Numbered from the stretch's first letter, positions 26,738-40,778 are shown. The stretch: DNA of 64,000 nucleotides from Mesotaenium endlicherianum (GCA_009602735.1 WELA01001939.1:43526-107525); one strand, 5' to 3'. Program-made: numbers and translations. The notes: generated from the sequence alone by a model not told the origin.

Positions 26738-28876
26738 ATGTTTTCTGCAGCCCCCCAGCCCCCCATAGATAAGAGCATTGGGTATGACTGCCCGCATCGT
26801 CTTTCAGATGGAAACGAATGTCCCTTTAAACTCCCAGCCGAGTATAATAATAAACTTCTGGACCACCATAATGCTCATGAACACCAGATTTACTATGGAT
26901 GTGAGTTCTCGGGATGCAATGCCAAGATCAAATACTCGCGCAACCTGTCCAAGCATTACCGGCTCAAGCATGGTATTCCACCCTATACTCTCCTACAACC
27001 CTTTTGCCAAAGTTCATTGACATGCTCAATCTGTGGTCATATGTTGATGCATAGTACTTTGTTGCATGTTCTCAATTTTTTTTCTCTTTGCCTGGTTCTT
27101 CATGACCATCTTTGTTGTTATTCATCTTGTTTCTACCAACTTCTGATTTTCTCACTGGAGTGGCTTCCTCTGTTTTCTGGCAGCCAATGTTCCTGCCACA
27201 GCAACTCACGTCACCAGCAACTGTGATAGCCACGAGGCTCACGAATCAGGTATTTTTTTAGTAACCAACATTTTCTCGTTTCATGTTGCCTATTGCAAGG
27301 GTGTCCTATATTTGTCACATGCGATGTATGTCAAAATGCAGTTCTTTATCAGCCTCACTAATGACACCTATGTTCATTGGCTCTTGCTAGCCAGATACTC
27401 CGCTCATCCCCCATGAGTCCTTCAAAAGGATGAGGAGAAGCCCCCAAAGTCTGCAGGAACCCCCCCCCCCGTCTCTTTCTCCCTCAGGACCATCTCCCCC
27501 TGCATCCAAATCTCCATCCGTGCCAATATGGTCTGTCTCTACTTCTCCTAAGGATGCTGCGTATGGTTCCTTTTGCCATAATGATCCTGCATCCTCCTCA
27601 CGCCCCAATTGTACAACGCAAACACGTTATTCTGGCTCAGATTGCCCATCACCATGCTCTGACCCTGCCTTACCCCCAGACTCACCTGCAAGCTCTAGCA
27701 AATCTGATTCTCCCCCTGTATATCACTCTCCCTCGGAGTCTCCGCACTCCCCTTTCTGCACACCTTCTGACTCCTCTGAAAGTGATGAATACTTTGACAC
27801 GTACTTGAGTAATGGTGGTCAGCGTGCAGAAAGACCACCTGTTTCTCTCACTACTCATCATGGTGCGCATGTTAAGCCGTATGGTTTGTTGCGCTCCTTT
27901 ACTTTTGCAGTGATGTTTGCACATTACATTCTCATTTCAAAGGATGCTGAGAGAATAAATAGGGAGCTTATGGCAGAGATAGTGCGGCATAAGAAATGGG
28001 ATGTACTTGATTTTGAAAAAACTACAACGCACAGATTCGAAAAGCTAAAGAAGAACCTCGGTCAGGTTGGGACTAGGAAAATTGGCATGCCTGGAAAAAA
28101 GTGGTTGCATTACCGAGATATTGCTACTACTCTTCAGAATGACCTTGCTAATCCTCAAATGACAAAGCACCTGCATTGGAAGCCGGAGTTGCCACTTGAT
28201 GGTTGTGTTACGGGTGTATACAATGCTTCTTTTGTTACTGATGATGACTTTTTCAAAGAGTATGAAGCTGAATTTCTTGCAGCCGGAGGGGACCTTGTAC
28301 ATGTACATCTCGGAGATTATTGTATGTTCGAGGATACGCCAAAGATCGGTGAGTCGAAGTAAACACCTCTTCTTCTGACCCTACCCAATAACTTATATTA
28401 TTGTTTCGTACACATTGGGGTTGCCTCCCTATATGAATCTGCCATTCCTATCTGGCCTCGGTTTCTTTTGTTGCTTCAGAGCCCCTTTTACACACCCTCT
28501 CTCGTCGTTTTTCATTGCTTGCTTGCTTGTGTTTTCTTTTAGTGCACCTCTAGGCACTAACTTTGACACCTCTTTCTGAAGCTTTCTCTGTCTCAAATGT
28601 GTGCCCTCCTGCTATTATCTTGCTGGTGCATCATATTTTTTTCTCTTTGTGCCCTGTCTGTCTCTCTTTTGCGCCTTATCTGCTTCTCCCTTTCTCTATC
28701 TCTTTCTCACCCTTGCTGTCCTTCCATCTTTCTCCCCCCCCTGTCCCCTCCCTCTCTCTCTTTCCTCACCCTTGTTTCCCCCTGTCTCTTCAGACTTCCC
28801 CTCCCCTGTTTCCCCCTCTCCCTCCCCCCCCCCNNNNNNNNNNNNNNNNNNNNNNNNNNNNNNNNNNNNNNNNNNN

Positions 28877-28933
<57 letters not shown>

Positions 28934-31900
28934 GTCCGTTTTCGCTTGTTTACTTGATTTATGAAAGTGGAGTTGTAGGTTTAAAGCTTACCACCTCTTA
29001 CTGTCCCTCTCTCCCTGCTCAATGTGTGTCTTTTAATGTCTCCGGCTTGTGCTTTGTCTATCAATCCCCCTGTGCTATGTATGCCTCTCTCCTTCCTGCC
29101 TTATCCGATTGTCCCTATGTGTGTGCTTCTTCTCATCTGTTTCTGTTTCATCCTCTCTTCCTCCCTCACTCTTCGTTCTTGGTCCCCCCCAAACCCCCCC
29201 CCCCGCCCACCTCCTCGCTCTCACTCTGTCTTTTAAACTCTCTCTATAATGCTGTCTTGCCTGCTGTTTGATACTAGTTGTGTCAAGCTCCTGTAGTTGC
29301 TCCCTTACTGAGACATCCTGCCTTGTTTCTTCTATTTGCAGGCTCAACACGTGAATTTGGTCTTGGAAAAGTTGTACACATTCTTTGGACTGATACGACT
29401 ATGGATGACAGGAGGCCTATGTTTCAGCTCCAGATGTTTGATTTCGATGATAGTGCTTTGTCTTCTGACATGGCTGGGGAGGTTCATTATTCTCAAAACA
29501 CCCGTTGGATTGACTCCGCATCTGTATTGCAGTTGTGTGATGTTCTTCCTTTAAGTGGGGATGATGTCATACCTTCTGGCTTTCAGTTTCATCACAGCCT
29601 TCGAGGCTACACTCAGGGGGACACTCTCACTTACTATTGCAAACCCGCATGTAGTGGTGTTGAGACTCAGTCCTTGCCTGTTGGTGCATTTGATCCCATG
29701 CCACGTGCGTCTCTTGATGTTGACAACCCTGATAACCTGCCAATTTTGAACCTTGTCATTTCCATCTTCATAGATGACTTTGGTTGTTATGAAACAAAGC
29801 ATGAAAGTCTAGGTGGGGTATACTGGTGCTTACAGAATATGGATTCAAAGCACATACAGAAAACCATGTGTATTCATGAAATTCTGTACATCCCCCATGG
29901 GTTAGATCAGAACCTTGCATTGAGGGAGCTTGTAGACATTGATCTTCTCCCTTTAGAACAAGGGGTGCGGATGTATTTCCATGAGCTTCGTAAAGATGTC
30001 CTTGTACGTGCCAAGGTAGTACTCATTCAAGACCTACCACAACGTCTCAAGTCACTGGGCCAGAGACCTTTTAACACTTCTCATCCTTGTCCAGATTGTG
30101 AAGCCCCTAAAGAGTTCTTAGGTGATCTCTTCCAGTCATTTCCTGCACGGACTGAGCATCGTAGCACTCGATATGCCCGGGTGGTATCAGAGGCTTCAGA
30201 AAAACTTAGGCCAGCCCTTAGGCAGCGAGGTTATAAAGGGTACAATGGAGATGTATGTCCCTTGCAAGATCTTAGGTACTTTGACCGTTATGCACAGATG
30301 GGTCCAGACATGCTTCACCTGTTAAGTCTGGGGTTAGTGAAAACCCTCCTCGAGTACACTTTCGACCATAACGCATTCACAAAAGCAGAATGTGAGGATA
30401 TCAACGTGCGGGCAGAAGGACTATCTTACTGTAGGGGGACGGCTAGCATCAGCAGACCAGCAACCAACTGGAGAACTCTGACGGCAATGAACCTTTTCCG
30501 CCTCGTCTCATATATGCCTATACTTCTGCAGCCCCACTGTGACCCTTTTTTTATGATATGTAGTCATAACCAACAGACTAATGGCAAGAGGAGGGTTATG
30601 TATAACCTTTGGATAGCATGTGCCAATATGGTAGGGGCAATATTAGAGCCTGTTACTAGCAACACACATGTTGACAGAGTGGCTGACCTCATTCATACAT
30701 TCCGAGAGGATTTCACTACAGCATGGCCCCGTGGTGATCGTTCAGGAAACGCTGAGACACCCAACATGCATGGTTTGATTCACGTCTGTAAGTGGATTCG
30801 TCTATTTGGCCCTTTGAAATACTTCTGGGCTCAGGAGTTTGAGGGGCAACACAAGTATGCAAAGAAGCATATTGGTGAAACTAGTAACCAGGGTGCGAAA
30901 GAAATATCAAAGTGGGTTCTTTTTAAAAGCTCAGCAGTCGAGAATATGAAGAGTTTTCTAGGTGGTTACAATCTAGCCGTGCGTGCCTTCTTTGGAATAT
31001 TCTCTAACCTATATAGAAGGTTGAAAGCAGATCCTCTAGTTGAGTCTTTTCTGGCCGAAAATGCCGAAGACATTGTCAATGGTGTGAGGTGCTGGAAAGG
31101 TGCAGAAACTGTCGCTGCTGTGTACTCCTATGAGAACAAGTATGGAGTCAGGCAGAAACTATGTGTTGGAGGCACTCCAAAGGGGTACGTATAAATTTAC
31201 CAGTATGCATTTATTTGCTCTCATTAATGTTGTTATAATTGCCTTTATTATGTCACTGTCGCTTTGCCTCTGAAGAACATTCTTTGTCTGTCATCTTCTT
31301 ACCAGCTGGTGTGATTCAAAAGGCTATCGCACAAGTGGCAGCCTGTTCACAGCCTTGGGAATATCATATTCTCAACTCCTTGCAGCTTACAAGTTATACT
31401 TCCAGGTGGACTGGGACCACCTTCAAAGCTATGAAGATAGCTACCAATGCAAGACAGCCAGTAAAGGTCCCCATGGTACCTTTTATGTGGGTGACAACGT
31501 GTGTGTGGCCTCAAGCAGGTTTGAACTTGATATATTGACTGACAAGAGGAAGGTGTGGATTGGTAAAATTTGCAATATCTTTGTACATCGTGGTAATTCG
31601 CGTGAAGGCAAGAGAGGGAGTCATTGTGGAAAGCACTATCTGTGGGCTGTTGTTCTATGCTATGACATTGAAGTTGAGGTTGGGAGGCCAGACATTGCTT
31701 TCAGGGATGAGCTATGGTTCAAGTGCCCTCTTTTGGAATTGTCAAATAGATTGCGTGTTGTTCCATTGGGACTTGTTCTCGATTTGGTAATGGTTCAGCA
31801 CTGTTGCTGGCTGAGTGAGGATGAGAGCTTTTCTTGTGGTGTTATGACTCTATGTAAGGATCACAAGATGCCACTAAGTGAATGTCCCTCACTTGAAGAT

Positions 31901-32020
31901 TGTGAGCATGCCACCACACAGTCTTTGTTTCATCCAGCTTGTAGTTCTTCGCCGTACCTACTAAATGTCTACCTCCCAAGGGCCCCTCAAAGTTCCCAGC
32001 TGACAACATGTCTGTCGTGA
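26738..32020 (+). CDS. CMC-type DDE transposase, ~1270 aa; exons 26738-26972, 27184-27249, 27395-28348, 29342-31184, 31306-32020
   Basis: The exons sum to 3813 nt in one open frame. Motifs: N-terminal C2H2 fingers (CEFSGC...HYRLKH), IFIDDFG, IQDLPQ, CPDC, PDMLHL, PNMHGLIH, FGPL..FWAQEFE. These correspond to the D-D-E triad plus C2C, [M/L]H and H3H motifs of the CMC superfamily. The start codon is uncertain. Confidence 0.85.
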
Positions 32021-35000
32021 AGTGAGGCTCACATGACAGTTATAACACGGAATAAGAAGGTATGGAAGCAATATCCCTACTTGCCTCCTTCTTGCGCATT
32101 ACCTCTTCATGTGTGTCTCCCTCTCTCGCCTTCACGTTTACATGTGCAGGCCTTCATGTGCTCAGGTAGCTTCAGAAGATGGAAGGCCTCATAGGTTTTA
32201 AGCATCATTGTTACCTTCAATGTCCTATACTTAAGTGATCTCCATGCTTTTGCACAGGGTGCAGAGGTGTGTCCAGCAGTTTTTTAGTACATTTGTGCAG
32301 TGTGCGCACATGGGATGGGTCTGGCTAACATGGAACAAACATTTGCAATAAAAAAAAAAAACATACGTTGGCAAGCATGTGCATGCAGGGCTTGTGGGGG
32401 CCACATTTGGGCTGCTGCTACGCTACCATGGAGCATATATGGCTTCCTGGCTGTGACCCATTAGTGTTGGAAATCTAAGAGGTATGCTCCCCTTTGGTTA
32501 TCAAACCGTCGCAGTCTTTGTTTTGGTGCTCGTTGTAATTTATCCCTGTGCAAGTCTTTCGTTTTCTGTATATGTTTTCCTTTTTCTTTGCCTCAATGTT
32601 TATATCCTTCTCCCTCCCTCTCTCTCTCTCTCATTATGTTTCTGTTTGGATGTATGTGTCTTTTTCAATTACTACTTCTTTGTCACTATCCCTATGACTC
32701 TCTAACTTGCTCTCTCTCTCGCACTCTCTGTCCCCCTCGTTCTCATTCCTGTGGAGCGTGGATGATTTGGTTGCTTGGAAGAAGATGCCGCGCCAGAACT
32801 TGTGTGTTGACATGATGCAACACGCATGTGCTTCATACCTAACCCTGAAGCTCCCCCCTTCATCAATGCTCCCTGCAGGACGGCAGAAGGGACATCTACA
32901 TCGTGGCCTCCCATCCAAGGCCGCTGTTCCCCGCCATGAAGCTGGTCCCCAAGAAGGCAAGACAGGTGAGCTTGCTTTGACAGCTGTCACCTGGCTGTCA
33001 CTCCTGGAACATCTGCTTTGCCACATGTCTTGCCGAGACTGGGAAGAGGGGCAGCCGCCTCACGGGCCTTGGGGGGTTGTGCTGGGGTGTCTCTGCAGGC
33101 TGCACTCCCAGCCTGCCGGGCTCCGCAGCCTGGCTTGACGCAAGCACGCATAGCCTTCGCCGCAGAGTGCACCTCCAGAGCGCTTGAGGCTGGCCAGGTT
33201 TGCTCTTTCATGTCTCCCCGCCCCTGTGCTGCCTCAGTTGACAGATGTGTCTGGCTGGTGCCAACAGCCGGGGTCCCGGGCGGATGGTGTTCTGACGTCA
33301 GCCTCGCGTGGGGGTGGTCTGAGCAAAAACGCTGTTGGTTTATCACCTCCAGGCACACCCAGGCCGCCTTCTCCGGGGTAACTCTAGCCCTCCTGGCTGA
33401 GCGATTGTCCCCTCGTGCATCCGCGCGTAATCTAAGGGGGCGCAGGAGGAGCCAGATGGCGCAGAGCTCTGTTCTCTTGGCGCCAGCAGCAGCGCACCTT
33501 CCAAGCTGCGCTCGTAAAGAGGGCCGTCACATTTGAGGCTGCCTCTCCCCCCGCGCCAGCATTCATCCTTGCTGCCGCCCCCAGCTTGTCCGCTAAGCAC
33601 GTGAGTGCCTGCTGGCCCTACCCACTACTTTCTATCCCCCGGGGGGGGGAGGTGAAGGGAAATTAGAATGCACCAACCTTCCCCCGCTCTCAGGTCCTTG
33701 CGGCCTGGGGATGGACTTGTGGCTGAACGCAGTTGCGCTGCTGGGGGATGGGATGGATGGTGGCAGAATGCCCACGGCGCGCCAATAGTTGTGCAACGAG
33801 GGCCGTGGCGGACAGCTACGGCTCGCCCTGACGCCCGTCTCCCAGAAGCACGCACCTGCAGGGCCACCAAGGTATGGAGGGCATTGTAAGTATCTGTGCT
33901 TCCTTAGGAATTGTCGTGGGATTGCTTGCTCATGCACACCCTCTCCCTTGGTCTATCGCTCTCTTCAACTCTACCTTCCCCTGGCCCATTGTGTATCTCT
34001 ATCTTTCACGTTCTCTCTCTTTCTATTTCTCTCTCTCTATCTCTCTCTACGTCTATGAGTAAACGTACGAGCCCCCGTTCCTTTATCTTTGACTCATTCT
34101 GACTTACTCCAAGTCTCTTGCTCTTTTACATCCTTCCAGGTTTATATCCGTTAGTGTGCCTCGCATTCTCACGCACTCGCTCTGTTGCATATTCATTTAG
34201 TTTTTCTTCAAAATGGCAGAGCAACTGCAAGGCTCATAACCAGCTGCATTGCAGTCCTCACATACTATAAAGTCTGGTTGCCCATCCGGAGTCCCTCCTG
34301 CTATTTTAGAACTATTATTTGACACTGAGAAGTTTTATTGGCAATTTTATTGGCAGTTTTATTTGCGCAAGCTCGCCTTATATTCATACGCCCCCTAACA
34401 ATCCCGCACACTTGCACGTGCACGTGCTCGTGCCTGTGAAAAGTGTTCATGCGTGCAAGACTACTTTAATGCCCCACTCCAGTGACGACACGAGGAACAG
34501 AAGGGATTCATGGAAGCTTGCGCCATACCCTTTGCTATCTGGGTGCGCAGGTGTTTGCAGCGCTCGAGTGTGGGGTGGCATAGTCGTCTCGCTGGCTGTC
34601 CCTTGAAGGCCGCCATCAGGAGGCCTCCCATCCCTGGCCCGCTTACACGTGTCTGCCAATGAGCTTGAAGGTATCGCCACCAGCCGCATCAGCCCCTCAT
34701 GCACGTGCATTCTCGATGCCTTTCAGTTGGGATATATATGGGCTTTCAGTATGGAAAGCAGCCCGCATGCCTTTCAGTAGGTAGAGCAGCTCGCCCGCCC
34801 CACCTGCCCGCCTTCTTGCCAGCCCCCCCCTCTTGCTCCTTTGCACTATGCTTACTTTGCAGTTTGTGGAAAATAGTTCGATCCTGGACAATAGTTTGCT
34901 GCATGTGTGTCTGCACTACTTGCATTATGGGGGGGCAGTGGAGTTCATCTTGAGCATTGGGGGCCATCATGGGCATGGATGGCCAAAGGTAGTATTGTGG

Positions 35001-35846
35001 GGCAGTCCTTTGCAAGACACTTTACGTGCATTTAAGTGATCCATTATGTATACACTCGTTGTGGTCAATACTTTTACTAAGTCTATGTAACGCATGTGCA
35101 TGGGCAGGATTTGTGAGGGTGTCCATGCAGGCGAAGAAGGAACCTATATTCATTTTAGGTATGCTAGTGCTAAGTAATTAGTTTTCAATTAAGTGCAATA
35201 GCGGTTTAAAAGCAGTAAGGTCTTCAGATATGGATGTACCGCTCGAATGGTGCACATTTTGTTCCAGTCATAGAATCGGTGGAGTGCATGCCGACATGTC
35301 ATCTATTCGGTGTATGAATCCCTATTGTACCGGTTTTGATTGGGTGCTTGTCAACAGGTTTAGTAGGCATTACAACTGTGCACACCATATAAATAATAAG
35401 ATATTTTGAGGGCACAGGACACATTCACTGGTTACATAAGCGGTCTGGGATGTGTTTGTACCGGATGTAAAGGGGTTTGTAAAACATATATGTATGATAA
35501 GCATGAATAACTTTTACGAACAATGCATGCCATATACTTCATGTAACAAGGAGTGCAAACATATGACAAACATGAATCACAACTTGGGTACGCATAATAC
35601 ACCACTTGCCATGAGTATGAAAAGGTGCTGCATTTATAAAAGAAAACTAGTTATTGCCAATTGCAGAGTGTACAATCATAAGGCCGTGCAAAGCACACAC
35701 CTACTTAGCATCCACAACCACAGTATGCATACAGTTCATAACATTAACCTCAACAATCTCGAATGAAATAAGATGGGGTCCCTTAATCGGGTACACTTAT
35801 CACTTGCCACATTCATGTACTTATGGAAATAATGTGTTTGTACAAG

Positions 35847-37307
35847 TTATTCAACATCATTAAGCATCTCACACAATTCACATGGCCTACTCACAGAAGG
35901 CGGCAGCACGTGATCGCATACTACATTCTGCATACACAGTTGCGTAATACTCGTTGCTTGCTGATCAACTACATTACTGTTGTGAGTGTTTGATAAAATT
36001 TCTGCCCTACCCTCAATTGACTGCAAGGGTACTCTACTAGCAACTACAATCTCACTGTCAGCAGCAAACCGATCGCCAGCTACCCGCACACGAGTAGCTG
36101 TCCTGGGCCCATGCAACGGTCGAGACTGTAACAACACCAGAATACAGAAAATTGTGTTGACACATGCATATGCGGTAAAATATGTTGTTAGCAAGAAAAT
36201 GCAGGTGCAAAGCAGAATGATGTGCATGGGTATTCATAGATGACATACCAGCCCAGGCATGGAAGTGGCAGCATCCCTGACCTGCGCGGCATGATGTGAA
36301 ATGCTGAATCTTATGTGGGCCTTGCGCAAGAAGCGTAGAACTTGGTTCTTGTTTTCTAGAGAGCTGTAGATACGGATCTGGGCTGGTACCTACACAGGGA
36401 TACATGCAATGCCCGTGACCCAGTTAGTTACGCGACACATAATTGAAATGAGATCACTTGACAAAAAGGGAGCAGAGAAGAAGCTGTATATGGTAACAAT
36501 CAATGAAAGTAACTTAAAGTGTGCAATATAACAAGACAAATGCAAATGACACGTGTTTGCAGGTTAACATCAACTTACAGTGTACTCGGAGGACTCAAAG
36601 TATCCCACAGAAGCCTCCATAGATGCCAAATTGTCGTCTAGAAGAACGGCAAGGTAATAAGCTTCATCTGCAGCTATGTGGCCCACTTGAGTATGGCGAA
36701 CGCTGTACACTTCAATTGCATTAAAATCAACGAGGTTGCCTGGATTTCTTTTGAGTGTCACTGACTGCAAATTAAAGGCATGACATATGCACACAGAAAT
36801 TAATATATAAGTGCATAGTGCACAATTAAGACGTACAACAATATATATATAGCATGCAGGCACCACCAAGAAATACAACGGGCTGGAGCACAATCTATTT
36901 TGGAGCATGCAGCAGGCATAAACACAAACTTCCCCATGCATGATAGAGAATATATGCCAACAGAGGTGGTTGCAGGTGTCAACCAAACAAATTCCACAAG
37001 GTGCACCCCAAAAATAGAATGAAGGCCATGAATTGTAGCACAGGCATAACAGTAACGTACGACGTACCTCACGTGGGTTAATGAAGCCATCGTAGTAGGA
37101 GAGCCCAACAATGGACACCTTCACGAGGCCGAGATAAGCTTCATCATCTGCTAAGTTATGCCTGGCTGAAATGCTACCTTCGGTGGGTCGTTGTACATCC
37201 ACGGTACTTGCAATTGGGTACCCACTGTTGGGGTCTACAACAATGGGGTCTGACAGGGTAGGGCCGTGGCCACGGATTTCATTGAGAGGAGGGGCCGGGT
37301 TAATCAT
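35847..37307 (-). CDS. Stand-alone HIRAN-domain protein inside the CMC element; exons 37307-37068, 36764-36579, 36389-36282, 36125-35847 (~270 aa)
   Basis: Phase-0 GT-AG introns, no stops. Spliced protein: YLGLVKVSIVGLSYYDGFINPRE|SVTLKRNPGNLVDFNAIEVYSVRHTQVGHIAADEAYYLAVLLDDNLASMEA..YT|VPAQIRIYSSLENKNQVLRFLRK. This matches the HLTF/Rad5 HIRAN consensus (VVGLRYY, REPxNxYDxNAI, QVGH). An upstream exon is possible. Confidence 0.88.
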
Positions 37308-37558
37308 TGCTGTTGTCTGGCTCAGAGACTCACGATTATTGCCATTGAATCTGCTTGCAAGTATGATTTGAGACAAAACTAAAGAAGAGGCAAGCCAAGT
37401 TGTCTTCGTTGAAAGATGTGGGCATGCTTTGTTCTAGCTATATATGATTCATGAAGGACGAGAGCATGGCAAACTTGCACAAAGACTTTATTCGGCCAAC
37501 AAGTGCATGGAAAGTCACAACACAATTCTGAAATTTGGAAATTCACTGTCGATTTTTC

Positions 37559-37598
37559 ACATTTGAATTTGGACATTTGAATTTAGACATTTGAATTT
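37559..37598. promoter_or_regulatory. Three ACATTTGAATTT units (14-bp period) between the divergent HIRAN and accessory genes
   Basis: The repeat is seen directly; a regulatory role is inferred from its position. Confidence 0.4.
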
Positions 37599-37831
37599 CG
37601 TCAACAATTTCAAAAAAACAAATGACGTGGCCAAAGGAGATTCATGATACGTGGTTCGTGGAAGCGTGAGAAGTAGATGTGGGGTGCTGTAAGCAATCGA
37701 AGCGGATTTAGGAGGATAGGTTTCAGAAAAACACGTTTGCGAGCAACAGAAATCAGGTCACTAATATAGCTGCAGGGCCATGAAACGGCTGTGGGGTGTT
37801 CTCGATTATTAACCGACTCCATTAACATTGA

Positions 37832-40287
37832 ATGGCCGCAACCAAAAGTGGTGAAGGGAGTGAACATTACAGTGAGAGCGATGAGGAGGAGCAGTTGCCT
37901 ACAAAAACCGCTAATCCTACAGACAAAGGGTTACGGGGTAAGTCTGCTAGGAATAGGGTTCCGTCGCGAAGGTTTTTAGAGTCTCAGACCGCAATACAAG
38001 AAGACGATGTAGAAGGTTGTGAGAACGGGGTATTGAAGGAGTCTGCAGAGGCCATGAAAGAAGCGAGGGCTACAAAGAAAAAGAATCTGTCTGACATTCA
38101 GGATATTGTCACTGCACATGAGAGACGCTGTGAGGAAGAGGACTGCGATAATGATACCTCCTTGGAGAGAAACTCCCTAGAAGGGGGAATAGTACCCAAC
38201 GAAGTCAATGTGAACAGCCTTTCCATACATGTTCCTGGCCGCAAAGTACGTACACTGGCCCAAGTAGACGCTTTGAGGCCTTGTAGAGAAGCTCTAGAAG
38301 ATTTCTTCATGGGTGCAAAAGACTATTCCCCGTATAGGAATGAGGTAATGGGAGCAATGAAAGAGGTGCGGGGGTTGTTAAAGCGCAGATTTAAAAATAT
38401 GGAGAGGCCCGTAGTCCCTGAATTGCTGGGGAGAAGCAGGGGCGGGATGGCAAAGTAGCAGAAGCCATTGAAGGCTGTAAACAGAGTATTGCTGATGTAT
38501 TGAGGATGGTAGCCGTAAGGGAAGACAAATTACTTGACGCAATCGGGGCACTAAATACAAAGGTGAACACGATAGCATTGCAGATAGCCAACTTTACCGA
38601 TGGGAAGCAGATTCCAGGGACAAAGGAGGTGAAGAAAGAAGAGCCTCATGCGGTAAGCCATTGTCCGTACATTATACACTTATGTTTGCCCTCATGAATC
38701 GTGTATGAGCCTGAAATTTGTACCTGTATTCTGCATTGTTGCTATGTACTTCAATCTTCACGAGTGTAGCTCCTTATCCCAAACTCATATCAATGTGGAA
38801 CTGGAACCCGACAATGCTGTATGAGGGCGACTCTGATCGTCAGCTCAATAGCTACTCAAATTATGTTGGAAATGTGCAGGTGAGGGCAGCTAAGGAACAC
38901 TGGGACGAGACACGCAAAACATGCGTCACCAATATGTACGGGAAAAATCCTTTGAAGAGGGACAGGCAGCTGATAGCTGTCCTGCACATACTCCGGCAGC
39001 AGGGGCATCCAGATATGGTTGGCGGACCTAGATGCATGGAAAAGAAGCTTATGGAGCTGAACGCCAACGAGGTTTTGAGGGAGTCGATCGTGAACCCCAT
39101 ACGGCGGGTGAGAAATACCTCTCATTACCTTTTATTGTGCAGTTAATGCAGTCCATATAAAGGTTGTGAAAGTGTGACCTCTCTCTGTAGGTACTGCATA
39201 CACATAGTGGTGTTCATGAGATTGTGTTGCTCTTTTATTAACACTCTCAAGAGAAATGTGATGCGTGCAGAAATTGACCACTCTGTACAATCAGAGCATT
39301 GGTGACTTCAACAGGTGCATCAGAGAAGATTGTCCGCCTGTGACTGAGTCAGACTGGGAGGGGGATAAGCTCTCTACCGAGTATCTGGAAGCATGCCTCT
39401 CGGCAATCTTCGTGCACAAACCCTGGAAAGATCATGGAAGAAAGAATGAGGATCTCTTCAGGGATTTGGAAGACGATATGAGGGAGCACGTGGAGGCTTA
39501 CCATGTCAACCAGAAGGTAAGATCTATCTCTTTCTCTAACTGTCAGATGTGCTGCAGAGCAGTTAAGAGTGAATGACTGTGTGACTATTTGCCTATTGCT
39601 GAAAAACTGTTTCTATTTAGTGAGCATTGCTTTGTGGTCCGCTGCAGAAGCAAGAGAAGAAGAAAAAGGCTGAGGAGTTCATGGCAGCCCAATGAAAGGT
39701 TGCTGTCCAGAGTGCAACAGAAGAAAGCAGTAAGTGACTTGCACTTGCTACTTCTGTGCGAGGATCTGATGCTTGCATGCTTGCTTGTGGAGGCATTCAG
39801 GTGTAGCAGATTGGTTAAAAAGTGGTGCAATCGCATGTGCAAGTGCTTTTATGTGTGTAGGCAGAATTTCAAAGTGCCTACGCATTGTAAGAGTGGGTGT
39901 CAACTGCAGGGGGCAGTAGTTTTTTTACATATTCCTTGATGGAGCATACATTTGGGGGCCTGGGAAAGGGGCAGCTGTCAGTACCAGGGACTAGCTTTAA
40001 ATATGGAGGCAGCTGTATGTTGATCAAAAGCAGGCTCGCTATTGTGACATAATTGCAGTAATATGCTATTTCAATCCTAGGAGGGACGAGTGCCTTAATC
40101 AGCAGATCATTGCACTAATATGAATGCATTTGTTGAATGGTGACAGGTGGCTTCAAAAGTCCCGTGGCTCGCATGACACTCGGCAAATCAGGCTTGAAGT
40201 CAGGCTCCACCACCAAAGGGGTGAAGAAGAAGGCAAGAACTTCGAGCCTGTTTGAAGATGATGGCGAAGCAAGTGGGAAGGAGTGAA
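37832..40287 (+). pseudogene. Multi-exon accessory gene of the CMC element, unknown function; exons ~37832-38652, 38880-39107, 39271-39516, 39648-39730, 40148-40287
   Basis: Charged, coiled-coil-like reading frame with GT-AG junctions. One frameshift near 38430 and one in-frame TGA near 39693. Confidence 0.6.
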
Positions 40288-40723
40288 CACAGGGTAGATA
40301 CAGCAACAGAGGCATGCAGATGCTTCAGAAATGTACAACCATATCTAATGTAATGGAGTACTCACATTGTTTGATAGTTATGTAGAAGATGCACTAGTCT
40401 TGCTATAAGACTCTTTTTTTATTTTCATGCTCTGAGTAAATGACATTGTTCATTCAGCATTTGTATGAAATCATGTATGGCTGAGTTGAAGTCACATGTA
40501 CACATCGGAAGATATTACATTAATAGCCTTGTGAACCTAATTGGGCAATATACATGTACATCTTATGAGAAAGTGAAGAATGGGCGAAGCATGGCAATAT
40601 CATATTTGTATTGGCAAGAGTATTGAATGGAAACAATGCATGGGTAATATGCGTTAGGGAAGGATAATTGCAGATAAATAACAGCTTATAATAAGCAGGA
40701 GAAAATGGATGGAGAGCACTCAT

Positions 40724-40778
40724 GAAGCAGAAGCAGGAAGCAGAAAGCAGAAAGCAGGAAGCAGAAGCAGAAGCAGGA
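40724..40778 (+). repeat. GAAGCA(G/A) minisatellite in the right subterminal region of the CMC element
   Basis: Seen directly. Confidence 0.8.
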
